Origin: an uncultured archaeon | GTDB lineage: Archaea > Asgardarchaeota > Lokiarchaeia > Sigyniarchaeales > SOKP01 | Length of the DNA: 64,000 bases | Reading direction: 5' to 3' | Assembly: GCA_964486045.1 (NCBI GenBank) | Contig: CAZALK010000001.1 | Span: forward strand, 328,242 to 392,241 | Part shown: piece after piece, positions 49,566-59,678 of the stretch | How the letters are laid out: each line of letters starts with the position of its first letter | How positions within the stretch are numbered: the first letter of the stretch is position 1 | Notes under the pieces: model-generated | What the model saw: only the letters and a program-made list of their open reading frames with translations | Told to the model about the DNA's origin: nothing | Databases searched by the model: none | Made by a program: the position numbers and the translations under genes

Positions 49566-50198
49566 CTATTTAAGATACTTTCTTGTCACTTTCCCTCTTG
49601 GTGTTTCTTCTTCAAATAATATTGCATGGAAAGTATAAATTTTAGTACTTAAATCTCTCCATGAGCTTGGATCTAACCATGCTTTTGAACATGTATGAGA
49701 AAGAAATGTTTTTACATCCCAATTTCTCTCATGATCTATAGGGACTTGGGGAAGAAGTAAGCCTCGCCTCATTCCTTTTTCAGCGATCAATCCGTCTCTT
49801 CCAATTATGATTTTATCAGAATATTCTTCTGGATCGTTAACTTTTATTAATTTAGGTGGAGTCAATATTGATAATTCAATCAGGATTTTCTCCATTTCTT
49901 CAATTTCTACGGATGGAAATCTAGGATCTTCGATAGCAGAACTGATGGAAACTCTGTGGATAATTTCATATAACGAATAAATGGGTTCAATGTAACCAAT
50001 ACACCCTCTTAATGATTTATCCTTTATACCAAGGATATTTAATGTAATAAAGGCACCGTATTTATTACTAAATTTTTCTTTTATTTTTTCCGGCACAGGA
50101 ATTTTTCTGTTGTTTGTAAGGAAAAATTCAATGTTTTTTCTCGCAAACTTTATTAACAATTCTCCATCTTCTTCTGAAAATTTTTCCGTATAAGACAT
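49566..50198 (-). CDS. AMMECR1-domain protein
   Basis: LRGCIG, DPRF, GRDGL, GLLLPQV. Confidence 0.92.
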   Translation of the reverse strand: MSYTEKFSEEDGELLIKFARKNIEFFLTNNRKIPVPEKIKEKFSNKYGAFITLNILGIKDKSLRGCIGYIEPIYSLYEIIHRVSISSAIEDPRFPSVEIEEMEKILIELSILTPPKLIKVNDPEEYSDKIIIGRDGLIAEKGMRRGLLLPQVPIDHERNWDVKTFLSHTCSKAWLDPSSWRDLSTKIYTFHAILFEEETPRGKVTRKYLK

Positions 50199-50257
50199 AT
50201 TCTTCGCTTGTTCCTTTTGAGTTAAGTATTATTATGCCCCTTAAACATTTATACTTT

Positions 50258-51649
50258 TTAGCAAGTTTTTATAATCGTTCCTTTTGGGTTACTTTTTTCA
50301 GTATTTATTTCATTTCCTCTCAAAAAAACTCTCCAGATATGAACTGTACTTTTAGAATTTTCAAATGGGGAAAATTTGGCTTTAGTCTTAAAATCCAGAG
50401 CTTTAATAATATATTCTGGAATTTTATTAATTATTATTAAATCAGCATCGTAGCCTTCTTCAATAAATCCCTTGTTTTTCAAATTAAATAATTTTGCAGG
50501 ATTTTCTGAGGATACCTTTACGAAGTTTTCTAATGAGAGGTCATAGCTAAATATTTTATCTAACAACAGTTTTGGATAAGTTTCAAAGCCAGGGAACCCC
50601 GATGGAGCATCCAAGTAATCTTGAGATTTTTCTTCTATTGTATGAGGTGCGTGGTCAGTACCTAATAACAATATATTACCCTCTTTGAGCTCATTAAACA
50701 AAAATTGACTATGTTTAATATTCCTTAATGGTGGTAATACTTTCCCGTAAGTTTCCCGCTCTAATACTAGATCTTTTGAAAGAAGTAAATGATGTGGTGT
50801 GACTTCATAAAATATTTTGAAGCTTTCATTCGATTTTCTCGAACTCTGGATATGTAAATATACCTCCTTGCAACTGACATGGCAAAAATGAATAATTGGG
50901 AATTCTTTTGCTTTTAATTCATTTTCAATTATAAATTTCTCATAATTTTGTAAGATAAAATCTGAATACTGCTCCTCCATTTTTATGGGATGTAATCTAT
51001 TATGTAATTCTAAAATGGGATATTTTAATATATTAAAGTCTTCAACGATTTGATCTTTTTCATTATCAGAGAGAGGAAACGCAGCATGAATAAATATTGG
51101 AACTTGGTATATAGAAGAAACATTTAAGAGTTTTTGAATATTAACTGATTTTTTCCAATCTATTTCACTTAAAGGGCTTTCGGGGTAAATTTTAAAACCG
51201 ATTATACCTAAATCTATAATTTTTTTTATTTCAACTTCATCAATTCCTTTGGGAACACCGGCAATGAATCCAACATCTACGTTAATGTTATTCTGGGCCT
51301 TATTCATCCATTTTTTAATTTGCTTCTCAGTAGTAGCCGGGGGTTTGGTATTTGGCATGTTAAAAACGGTTGTTATTCCAGAAAATGCAGCAGCTTTCGT
51401 ACCTGTAAAAAAGGTTTCTTTCTCACTTTGCCCTATATCACGTAAATGAGAATGAATATCGATTATTCCTGGTAGAATAATTTTTTTTTCACAATCTACT
51501 ACCTTACCATCTTGATTTTTATCAATTAAATTCTGAAATTCTCTCTCGCTTGGTTCATAAACGACTTTAGTAATTATACCGTTGTTGATAAGTATATCCC
51601 CATTATGAATTAATCCTTCTGAAAAGATTTTACCGTTTTTTAAAATCAT
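50258..51649 (-). CDS. pyrC: Dihydroorotase
   Basis: IDIHSHLR, MPNTKP, HVS, EVTPHHL, PPLR, GTDHAPH. Confidence 0.88.
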   Translation of the reverse strand: MILKNGKIFSEGLIHNGDILINNGIITKVVYEPSEREFQNLIDKNQDGKVVDCEKKIILPGIIDIHSHLRDIGQSEKETFFTGTKAAAFSGITTVFNMPNTKPPATTEKQIKKWMNKAQNNINVDVGFIAGVPKGIDEVEIKKIIDLGIIGFKIYPESPLSEIDWKKSVNIQKLLNVSSIYQVPIFIHAAFPLSDNEKDQIVEDFNILKYPILELHNRLHPIKMEEQYSDFILQNYEKFIIENELKAKEFPIIHFCHVSCKEVYLHIQSSRKSNESFKIFYEVTPHHLLLSKDLVLERETYGKVLPPLRNIKHSQFLFNELKEGNILLLGTDHAPHTIEEKSQDYLDAPSGFPGFETYPKLLLDKIFSYDLSLENFVKVSSENPAKLFNLKNKGFIEEGYDADLIIINKIPEYIIKALDFKTKAKFSPFENSKSTVHIWRVFLRGNEINTEKSNPKGTIIKTC

Positions 51650-52308
51650 AACCTTACAGATTCTTGACGATCTTTTCGATAGTTAATATATAAAATTTTA
51701 TTTTCTACTTGTTTAATTTTAGAAAGAGAAAAGGATTTTATATTTTTCATTTCTTTAAATTGAAAATCGATCTTTGAACCGTTATTAGATTTCTCATAAT
51801 TCGGTAGTATAAACAAAACATCATCTAAAAAAGATTCAACAGTGAGATAATTAGCGTCAAAATCTTTATCATTTTTAATGAATTCCTCATGATTGGTTAT
51901 AAGATAAACATTTTTCATTAATAAAGATTTAAGGTACCGTAGAAAAGAGAGATTATCAAAAAACCTTGAGATATATATTCCCGGTGTTGACTGTTTTCTC
52001 CTATCTATTAGATTAATCCCTATTCTTTTTGATAAATTTAAAGCTTTTTCAAGAAGTAATGCTTGAGATCTCTCATCTGGGCCTAAATATCTCAAATCTT
52101 TCCCAATGAAACTAACTAAAGTGTGCTCTTTTTGAAAATATAAAAATAAATTATTATCCTTCCTTATAGAATATGATATACAAAAAGTTTCCCTTATACA
52201 TGAACATAATTCATAGATTTTTTGGGGTGTTGTTCCCTTATCAATAATATCTTTATTATATTCAATTATTTTTTCTTCAAGTAATAAAAAATTTACCAAT
52301 CTAATCAA
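51646..52308 (-). CDS. TrmY-like SPOUT-fold protein, divergent C-terminus
   Basis: LCSCIRETF.IS..IRKD, LRYLGPDERS, LEKAL and STPGIY match the TrmY N-terminal motifs. Sits next to srp54. Confidence 0.68.
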   Translation of the reverse strand: MIRLVNFLLLEEKIIEYNKDIIDKGTTPQKIYELCSCIRETFCISYSIRKDNNLFLYFQKEHTLVSFIGKDLRYLGPDERSQALLLEKALNLSKRIGINLIDRRKQSTPGIYISRFFDNLSFLRYLKSLLMKNVYLITNHEEFIKNDKDFDANYLTVESFLDDVLFILPNYEKSNNGSKIDFQFKEMKNIKSFSLSKIKQVENKILYINYRKDRQESVRL

Positions 52309-52333
52309 ACAAACTATTAGTATTCTTTGAATT

Positions 52334-53698
52334 CTAAAATTTACCCAATTTTTTCATAAAATCTCCTGCAACTTTTCCACCGGGCATACCTGGAAATCCC
52401 TTTCCTTTTTTCTGCATTTGGAGGAATCTCTTCATAAATTTTTTCATCTGTCCGTATTGTTCGAGCATCCGATTAATCACGGAGTAATTCGTTCCACTTC
52501 CAACCGCAATTCTTCTTTTTCTCTTCTTCTTGATAATTTTCGGTTCCATCTTCTCTTCATGGGTCATTGAATCTAAGACAACTCTCCATCGTTCGAGATT
52601 TCTTTCAGCGTCATCCTTTAAAGCGTCTGGAATATTCCCTCCACCCATCATAGATAAGATTTGTTGGAATTTTCCTACCTTTTTAATACTCTTTAGCTGT
52701 AGGTAAAGATCCTCAAGCGTAAATTTCCCATGCATCATACGTTTTACCATTTCATCATCTGGTGCAATTTCCGCTTCTTGTACTCTTTGAACTAGTGATT
52801 CTATATCTGGAACTCCAAGAAGAGTCCCAACAAACTTTGAAGGTTCAAATTCTTCAAGATCATCGATTTTTTCTCCCATACCTATAAATCTTATACCAAC
52901 ATTCGTTGCGGCACATGCAGATAGTGCCCCTCCACCTTTAGCAGTTCCGTCTAATTTTGTAACAATAATACTCCCAAGATTAGAGGTTTTAGCAAAAATC
53001 TCTGCCTGAATGAATGCTTGTTGGCCAAGAGTTCCATCAATTACTAAGCAAACTTCGTTAGGTTTAAGTTTTTGTACAAGAATGGCCATTTCTTTCATAA
53101 GTTCTTTTTCTTCTTTATGTCTCCCTGCTGTATCAGCAATTATCAAGTCATTACCGTCATTTATAGCTTTTTTTGTTTCTTGAATCGCAATTTTAATTGC
53201 ATTTTTTTCATTTGGATTCCCATAGCATTTCACCCCTATTTGTTCAGTTAATTGCACTAATTGTTCATATGCGCCAGGTCGCCATGTATCAGTTGTTAAT
53301 GCTGCAACCTTATACCCTTTACTCTTATAATATTTTGCTAGTTTACCAATTGTTGTTGTTTTACCAGAACCTTGAATCCCAACAAGCAAAATAACATTCT
53401 TTTTTCCAGGTTTTATTCGAATTGGGGCTGGTCTGCCTCCTAAAAGATGAATAAGCTTATCATGTACCAACTTTATTATGAAATCTTTCCGTCGTGCTTT
53501 CTGCAACTTCGTGTTCATTGCTTCTTTTCTTATACTTTCTGTCATCTCAAAGACTATTTCTACGCGTACGTCAGCTTGTAGTAAACTACGTTGAAGATCT
53601 TGAAGAAATGCGTTCACGGCACCTTTATCTACAATGGGCAATCGCTTAATTTTTCGAATTGCATTATCCAATGATCTACCAAGTTTTTCTAAAACCAT
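52334..53698 (-). CDS. srp54: Signal recognition particle protein SRP54
   Basis: GIQGSGKTTT, DTAGRH, TKLDGTAKGGG, M-domain FTLED...SMT...RIAVGSG. Confidence 0.97.
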   Translation of the reverse strand: MVLEKLGRSLDNAIRKIKRLPIVDKGAVNAFLQDLQRSLLQADVRVEIVFEMTESIRKEAMNTKLQKARRKDFIIKLVHDKLIHLLGGRPAPIRIKPGKKNVILLVGIQGSGKTTTIGKLAKYYKSKGYKVAALTTDTWRPGAYEQLVQLTEQIGVKCYGNPNEKNAIKIAIQETKKAINDGNDLIIADTAGRHKEEKELMKEMAILVQKLKPNEVCLVIDGTLGQQAFIQAEIFAKTSNLGSIIVTKLDGTAKGGGALSACAATNVGIRFIGMGEKIDDLEEFEPSKFVGTLLGVPDIESLVQRVQEAEIAPDDEMVKRMMHGKFTLEDLYLQLKSIKKVGKFQQILSMMGGGNIPDALKDDAERNLERWRVVLDSMTHEEKMEPKIIKKKRKRRIAVGSGTNYSVINRMLEQYGQMKKFMKRFLQMQKKGKGFPGMPGGKVAGDFMKKLGKF

Positions 53699-53851
53699 TT
53701 AATCCCAACTTGCAAAATTTTATTTGTATTTGAAATAAATCTTAAAAACTAATATTTTTTTTTGTTAAAATATAATATTATCATAAGTTAAAAGAAATGT
53801 CAAAAATAAAAAATTTTGGTAACAATTTAACAAACTGAGGTGTAAAGCTAA

Positions 53852-54292
53852 TTGTCTATTAGAAGAACAGAGATACAGAAATTAAAGACTGGGCAATATA
53901 TCATGGTTGGAGAAGGAGATGAGGCCGAACCTTGTATTATCAAGGCTACGGAAAGAAGTAAAAGTGGTAAACATGGTCACGCAAAAGTTAGGGTAGTATG
54001 TGTCGGTCTCTTTGACAACAATAAACGCTCACTTACCATTCCAAGCGGTCATATGGTTGAGATTCCTGAAATATTTAAGGGAAGTGCTCAAATCAATTTT
54101 ATCGAAGATAATGCAATAAATATTATGGATTTAGAATCTTATGAATCAATTGACGTTGATTGGCCGAAGGATGAGAATTTAATAAAGAAATTAAAAGAAC
54201 TTCAAGCAGATCCAGATAAAATATCAACCGCACAGGTAGATTATTGGAAACTAGCAAATAGGACACTTTTAAATAGAGTTTTCACTAACTAA
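53852..54292 (+). CDS. eif5a: Translation factor aIF5A
   Basis: Hypusine loop SKSGKHGHAK. Confidence 0.95.
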   Translation: MSIRRTEIQKLKTGQYIMVGEGDEAEPCIIKATERSKSGKHGHAKVRVVCVGLFDNNKRSLTIPSGHMVEIPEIFKGSAQINFIEDNAINIMDLESYESIDVDWPKDENLIKKLKELQADPDKISTAQVDYWKLANRTLLNRVFTN

Positions 54293-54417
54293 ACTCGCTC
54301 TGAAAATCAAAAGATTCAAAAGTCAATAACTTTAATTTCCAAATAATCCTTTATTTTTTGGATCAAGATTTAGAATTGATAAATTGGGTAGGAATTCATT
54401 TCAAAAGGCAAGGAATT

Positions 54418-55326
54418 ATGGAAAAAAAACCTGTTGCATTAGCATGTAGATTGGATTCAGAAAGAGCAATTAAGTTAGCGAAGAAAATATTTGAATTCCT
54501 GGTTCAGAAGGGGGAAGTTGTATATTTAGAAACAAGAATCGCTCCTAAAATTTTTCCACATAATGGTATGGATTTGAGTGAGATGACAGATGAAAACATA
54601 AAATTCATAATAATTATCGGTGGAGATGGTTCTATACTACGAGTTGCTGGCAGTTTGTCTCAAAGAGATCCTCCACCTATTTTAGGAGTAAATGTAGGTT
54701 CTGTAGGTTTCTTGGATGAGTCGAACGAGAGGATAATATTTAAAGATTTAACAAAGGCATTAAATGGTGAATTTGAATATGAAACGAGTTCAAAGATTAC
54801 GCCCTATATAGTTAAAAACTCCGATGAAATTAGGTTGAATGATGCGTTAAATGAAGTTTTGATTGTATCTTCAAAGAGTTCTAAAGTTTTACAAATATCA
54901 ATAAGGATTAACAATGTTTTTCTTAACAGAAGTTATTTAGATGGTGTAATTATTTCAACATCAACTGGATCTACAGCATATAATTTAAGTGCGGGAGGGG
55001 CAATTGTTAATCCGAATATAGAAATCATGCAAATTACACCTTTAAATAGTTTTGCTGGATCAGGATTAAAACCAATAATAGTTCCTCTGGATTCTGTTGT
55101 TGAGATTCAGCTTTTAAGACCTCGTTTAGACGCTAAAATAGTCATTGATGGACAGCGGATAATAAAGAGAATTGCTCCTAATACAAAAATTAGGATTCGT
55201 AGATCAAATTCTAAAAATAAGTTTATTCGGTTTAGTAGAAATTATTATTCACGTTTAAGAAAGAAAATTATCGGAACTGTTAGAGTCCCTTTGGATGATA
55301 GTCCAGAAGAATATTACCATGAATGA
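54418..55326 (+). CDS. nadK: NAD kinase
   Basis: GGDGS, GSVGFL, LNE, DG...STGSTAYNLSAGG. ORF track starts at 54358. Confidence 0.93.
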   Translation: MEKKPVALACRLDSERAIKLAKKIFEFLVQKGEVVYLETRIAPKIFPHNGMDLSEMTDENIKFIIIIGGDGSILRVAGSLSQRDPPPILGVNVGSVGFLDESNERIIFKDLTKALNGEFEYETSSKITPYIVKNSDEIRLNDALNEVLIVSSKSSKVLQISIRINNVFLNRSYLDGVIISTSTGSTAYNLSAGGAIVNPNIEIMQITPLNSFAGSGLKPIIVPLDSVVEIQLLRPRLDAKIVIDGQRIIKRIAPNTKIRIRRSNSKNKFIRFSRNYYSRLRKKIIGTVRVPLDDSPEEYYHE

Positions 55327-55873
55327 TGACATATCACGTTTAGTTTTTGACACTAATATTTTTTTAAAAGGATTAGAGTTTAATTTAATTCCAGGTACAA
55401 TTTACACCACTCCATGGATTATCGAAGAAATCAAAGTCGATAAGTATAAAGATAAAAATAGAAATATCTTGAACAGGATACATGTCGCAATTGATAGCAA
55501 GAAGTTAATTATAAGATCTCCTTTAGGAAAGTATTTTAAAATTGTAGAAAAATTCGCAAAGAAAACTGGAGATTTTAATGCATTATCAGATGCAGATAAA
55601 CAACTGATAGCTATTGCTATGGAACTTATCGATACTTCGAACCAAAGTGTAATTCTTTTTTCTAATGATTATTCTATTGAGAACGTTTGTTCTGAACTAA
55701 ATATCCCGTATTCTCCTTTATATAAAGAAGGAATTGAAACAAAAATTATATGGGAAATTTATTGCCCATCTTGTCAGAAAACATTTAAAGCTGAGGACCT
55801 GACGAAAAAATGTGAAATATGTGGATCAGAATTAAAAAGGAGACCACAAAATAAGAAATTAGAATCGTGGTAA
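55319..55873 (+). CDS. nob1: Nob1-family PIN endonuclease with zinc ribbon
   Basis: VFDTN, TGD...LSDAD, NDYSIEN, CPSC...CEICGS. ORF track starts at 55295. Confidence 0.88.
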   Translation: MNDDISRLVFDTNIFLKGLEFNLIPGTIYTTPWIIEEIKVDKYKDKNRNILNRIHVAIDSKKLIIRSPLGKYFKIVEKFAKKTGDFNALSDADKQLIAIAMELIDTSNQSVILFSNDYSIENVCSELNIPYSPLYKEGIETKIIWEIYCPSCQKTFKAEDLTKKCEICGSELKRRPQNKKLESW

Positions 55874-55932
55874 TTATATAAATTAAATCATAAATTATGA
55901 TTACATAAGCAAAAAATAGGTAAAAGTGCAAA

Positions 55933-56988
55933 ATGGGGCTGAAAATAAATGAATTAGTAAATGAAGTCAAGAGAACGATAACCTTTGATAATCTATTTAA
56001 AAAAATCATAAGTATTGATGCATTTAACACAATTTATCAATTCTTAGCTATAATACGCCAACGAGACGGAACTCCTTTAAAAGATTACCAAGGAAATGTA
56101 ACATCACATTTATCAGGATTGTTCTATAGGAGTATAAACTTTTTAGAGTACAATATCAAACCTGTATATGTTTTTGATGGGATATCATCTGAATTAAAAT
56201 TAGACACGATTAGAGCAAGGAAAAAAATAAAAGAGGAGGCTAGGAAAAAAATGGTTGAAGCTCAAGATGCTGAGGATTTTAAAGAAGCTAAAAAATATGC
56301 TCAATTAACATCGAAACTTAACACAAATATGGTTGAAGAGAGTAAAAAATTAATTGAATCTATGGGTATCCCGTTAATTCAAGCAAGCTCTGAAGGTGAA
56401 GCTCAATCCGCGTATATGGTTGAAGTTGGAGATGCTTGGGCGTGTGCTTCTCAAGATTATGACACATTATTATTTGGAGGGGAACGATTACTTCGCAATT
56501 TCGCTATTAATAGAAGCAGAAAAGTAAAGGATACAACAGTTACCCTAGATATAGAGTACGTTTCATTATCGAAATTTTTAAAAGACTTAGAAATAAATCG
56601 TGAACAGTTAGTTGAGATGGGTATTTTAATTGGTAATGATTTTTTCCCGGGAATTAAAGGAATTGGTCAAAAAACTGCCTTAAATTTAATTAAAAAATTT
56701 GGTTCTATCGAAAACATCTTAAAAAATAAAATTAAAGTTGGAAGTAAAGAGATTCTCTTGGATCTCAACCTTGTGGAACAAGTAAGGAATATTTTCTTAA
56801 TTCCTGATGTTAAAAAGGACTATATTATTCCAAAGTCTAAAAAAATCAACTTCGAAAGAATAGAAGAATTATTAATAGAAGAACACAATTTTTCAAGGCA
56901 GAGGGTAGAAAACGCTTTAGATCGCCTAAGAAAATTAGATTCTTCTAAAGTACAAGTATCGTTAGACGATTTTCTTAAAAATTCTTAA
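55933..56988 (+). CDS. fen: Flap endonuclease 1
   Basis: IDAFNTIYQFL, TSHLSGL, VFDG, EGEAQ, SQDYD, C-terminal PIP box QVSLDDF. Confidence 0.96.
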   Translation: MGLKINELVNEVKRTITFDNLFKKIISIDAFNTIYQFLAIIRQRDGTPLKDYQGNVTSHLSGLFYRSINFLEYNIKPVYVFDGISSELKLDTIRARKKIKEEARKKMVEAQDAEDFKEAKKYAQLTSKLNTNMVEESKKLIESMGIPLIQASSEGEAQSAYMVEVGDAWACASQDYDTLLFGGERLLRNFAINRSRKVKDTTVTLDIEYVSLSKFLKDLEINREQLVEMGILIGNDFFPGIKGIGQKTALNLIKKFGSIENILKNKIKVGSKEILLDLNLVEQVRNIFLIPDVKKDYIIPKSKKINFERIEELLIEEHNFSRQRVENALDRLRKLDSSKVQVSLDDFLKNS

Positions 56989-57077
56989 GGATCGTTTTTT
57001 AAAAAAAAAGAAAAATTTTTACAGAATTATTATTTTAAAATATTAGTAGAAAAATAAATGTAAACAAATTATTTATC

Positions 57078-59321
57078 ATGTCATCGAAAGACAATAAAGA
57101 AGATGAAGGCAAGGAGAAAGAAGAAAAACATACTCCAGTAGTAGTTTTGAGAGTCCAAAAAGCTAAAAAGAGAGATATTGGGCGCAATATCATCAGAATT
57201 GATCAAAAAACTATGGAAAAATTGAATATCCAAACAGGTGATGTGATAGAAGTTATCGGAAAAAAACAAAGTGCAGGAATAGCGTGGCCAAGTTACCCTC
57301 AAGATAATGGGTTGGGTATTGTCAGAGTTGACTCTAGATTACAGAAGAACACAGCAACAAAAATTGATGATACGTTAGAAATACGTAAAGTAAAAGCAGA
57401 GGTTGCCCAAAATATAGTGTTAGCACCATCTAGTGTAAAATTAAAAAATACCCCTAGATTCGAAAGTTTTGTCAAAAGAAAGTTAAATAACTACCCTATA
57501 ACAATTGATGATTTTGTTTTCATATCTTTAGGAATCAGTAGAGAGATTACTTTTAAAGTAATTAGTATGAGACCAAACGCTGTTTGCCAAATAAAACCAG
57601 ATACAGTGTTAAATATCAGTGAAAAAGTTACTGAAGATGTTGAGACTGGTATTGGTTATATCACGTATGAAGATGTTGGTGGTCTGGATAGAGAAATCCA
57701 ACGTGTAAGAGAAATGGTTGAATTACCTTTAAGACATCCTTCTTTATTTAAAAGATTAGGAATAGATCCTCCAAAAGGGGTATTATTAAGAGGACCACCA
57801 GGTTGTGGGAAGACACTGTTAGCTAAAGCTGTTGCTAATGAGAGTGAGGCACATTTTATTTCGATAAATGGACCAGAGGTTATGAGCAAATTCTATGGTG
57901 AATCTGAGAAAAAATTGCGAAAAATTTTTATTGAAGCAGAAGAAAAAAGCCCATCGATAATCTTTATTGATGAAATAGATGCAATTGCTCCAAAAAGAGA
58001 AACTGTTACCGGAGAAGTAGAACGTCGAGTAGTTGCTCAGCTTTTAGCTTTAATGGATGGTTTACATGGAAGAGGGAAGGTTATTGTTATTGGTGCAACT
58101 AATAGACCAAATAGTTTAGATCCTGCTCTAAGGAGACCTGGAAGGTTTGATCGTGAAATTGAGATAAAAGTGCCCAATGAAAAGGGGAGATTAGAGATTT
58201 TTCAAATCCATACTCGAAATATGCCATTAGATAAAAAAATTTCATTAAAAGAATTTTCACAGATAACTCATGGAATGGTTGGGGCAGATATATCTGCTGT
58301 AGCCCGAGAGGCAGCAATGGCCGCGTTACGAAGATATTTACCAAAAATAGATTTAGACTCAGAAATAATCGATCCAGAGTTATTAGAACAAATTGAGGTA
58401 ACTCAAAATGATTTCGAATCAGCCTTAAAAGAAGTTTTACCTTCCGGAATAAGAGAAGTATTTGTTGAAGTCCCAAATGTACCTTGGGATCAAGTAGGAG
58501 GTTTAGAAGAGTTAAAACAAAGATTAGTTGAGGCTGTAGAATGGCCATTATCACATCCGAATATATTTACTCGTATGGGAATATCTCCTCCGAAAGGGAT
58601 TTTACTATATGGTCCTCCTGGATGTGGAAAAACCTTACTTGCGAGGGCTGTTGCAACTGAAAGTAAAGCGAATTTCATATCAATAAAAGGACCTGAACTT
58701 TTATCCAAATGGGTAGGAGAAAGTGAAAAAGCTATAAGAGAGATATTTCGTAAAGCCAAAATGGCTGCTCCCTGCATTGTCTTTTTTGACGAATTCGATT
58801 CAATAGCACCAAGTCGAGGAAGGCACACATCTGATTCAGGAGTATCAGAAAAAGTTCTATCTCAATTATTAACAGAATTGGATGGATTAGAAGTGATGAA
58901 AGATATCGTTGTGATTGCGGCAACTAACCGACCGGACATTTTAGATCCAGCGTTAATTAGGCCTGGAAGAATCGATCGTATATTATTAGTTCCTGCTCCT
59001 GAGGAAAAAGCAAGGATTGAGATCTTAAACATTTTCACAAAAGGTATGCCCCTTGCTGCAAATACAAACATTGAAAAATTAGGGGAATTAACAAATGGTT
59101 TTTCTGGCGCTGATATAGAAACATGGTGCCGTGAAGCTGCGATGTTAGCTCTAAGAGAAAATATAAGAGCGAGAAAAGTCACAGTAGATCATTTTAAAGA
59201 AGCAATAAAAGAGATGCATCCTTCAATGACTAAAGAGATTATTGATTGGTATGAAAAATTCGGTGAAAAATTAAAAAGTCGAAGAATTGAGGAAACAAAA
59301 GAAGATCAGTTGTTCGTATAA
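57078..59321 (+). CDS. cdc48: CDC48/VAT AAA+ ATPase
   Basis: N-domain plus two AAA modules (GPPGCGKT twice, DEID/DEFD, RPGR). Confidence 0.96.
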   Translation: MSSKDNKEDEGKEKEEKHTPVVVLRVQKAKKRDIGRNIIRIDQKTMEKLNIQTGDVIEVIGKKQSAGIAWPSYPQDNGLGIVRVDSRLQKNTATKIDDTLEIRKVKAEVAQNIVLAPSSVKLKNTPRFESFVKRKLNNYPITIDDFVFISLGISREITFKVISMRPNAVCQIKPDTVLNISEKVTEDVETGIGYITYEDVGGLDREIQRVREMVELPLRHPSLFKRLGIDPPKGVLLRGPPGCGKTLLAKAVANESEAHFISINGPEVMSKFYGESEKKLRKIFIEAEEKSPSIIFIDEIDAIAPKRETVTGEVERRVVAQLLALMDGLHGRGKVIVIGATNRPNSLDPALRRPGRFDREIEIKVPNEKGRLEIFQIHTRNMPLDKKISLKEFSQITHGMVGADISAVAREAAMAALRRYLPKIDLDSEIIDPELLEQIEVTQNDFESALKEVLPSGIREVFVEVPNVPWDQVGGLEELKQRLVEAVEWPLSHPNIFTRMGISPPKGILLYGPPGCGKTLLARAVATESKANFISIKGPELLSKWVGESEKAIREIFRKAKMAAPCIVFFDEFDSIAPSRGRHTSDSGVSEKVLSQLLTELDGLEVMKDIVVIAATNRPDILDPALIRPGRIDRILLVPAPEEKARIEILNIFTKGMPLAANTNIEKLGELTNGFSGADIETWCREAAMLALRENIRARKVTVDHFKEAIKEMHPSMTKEIIDWYEKFGEKLKSRRIEETKEDQLFV

Positions 59322-59396
59322 AGAACATAACATTATTTAAAAAAAAAATATTAGTAATAGCAATTTAATACAACAATTATTAAATAAAAACATCAG

Positions 59397-59678
59397 GTGG
59401 TTAATATCGAATCTAATCGTTGGAATCAAAAACCAGTAATAAATTCAATTATGGATCTCTTAATCAAAAACAAGGGAGAAATTTTGGATAAGCGCCTTGA
59501 AGATCTCTTAAAGAAAGAATTCCCATATGTTAATTCTATAATGTTGGAAGAATTATTTATGAAAATGGAGAGTATGGGAATAATTAATGTTTTTCGTGTT
59601 TCAAAGAATAAGAAGATGATAGTTTATAACAAACGCAGCAAAGTCATTAGAGAAGCATTAATTACAGATTTAATTTAA
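59397..59678 (+). CDS. Small winged-helix-like hypothetical protein
   Basis: 93-aa ORF; LFMKMESMGIINV helix-wing pattern. Confidence 0.6.
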   Translation: MVNIESNRWNQKPVINSIMDLLIKNKGEILDKRLEDLLKKEFPYVNSIMLEELFMKMESMGIINVFRVSKNKKMIVYNKRSKVIREALITDLI

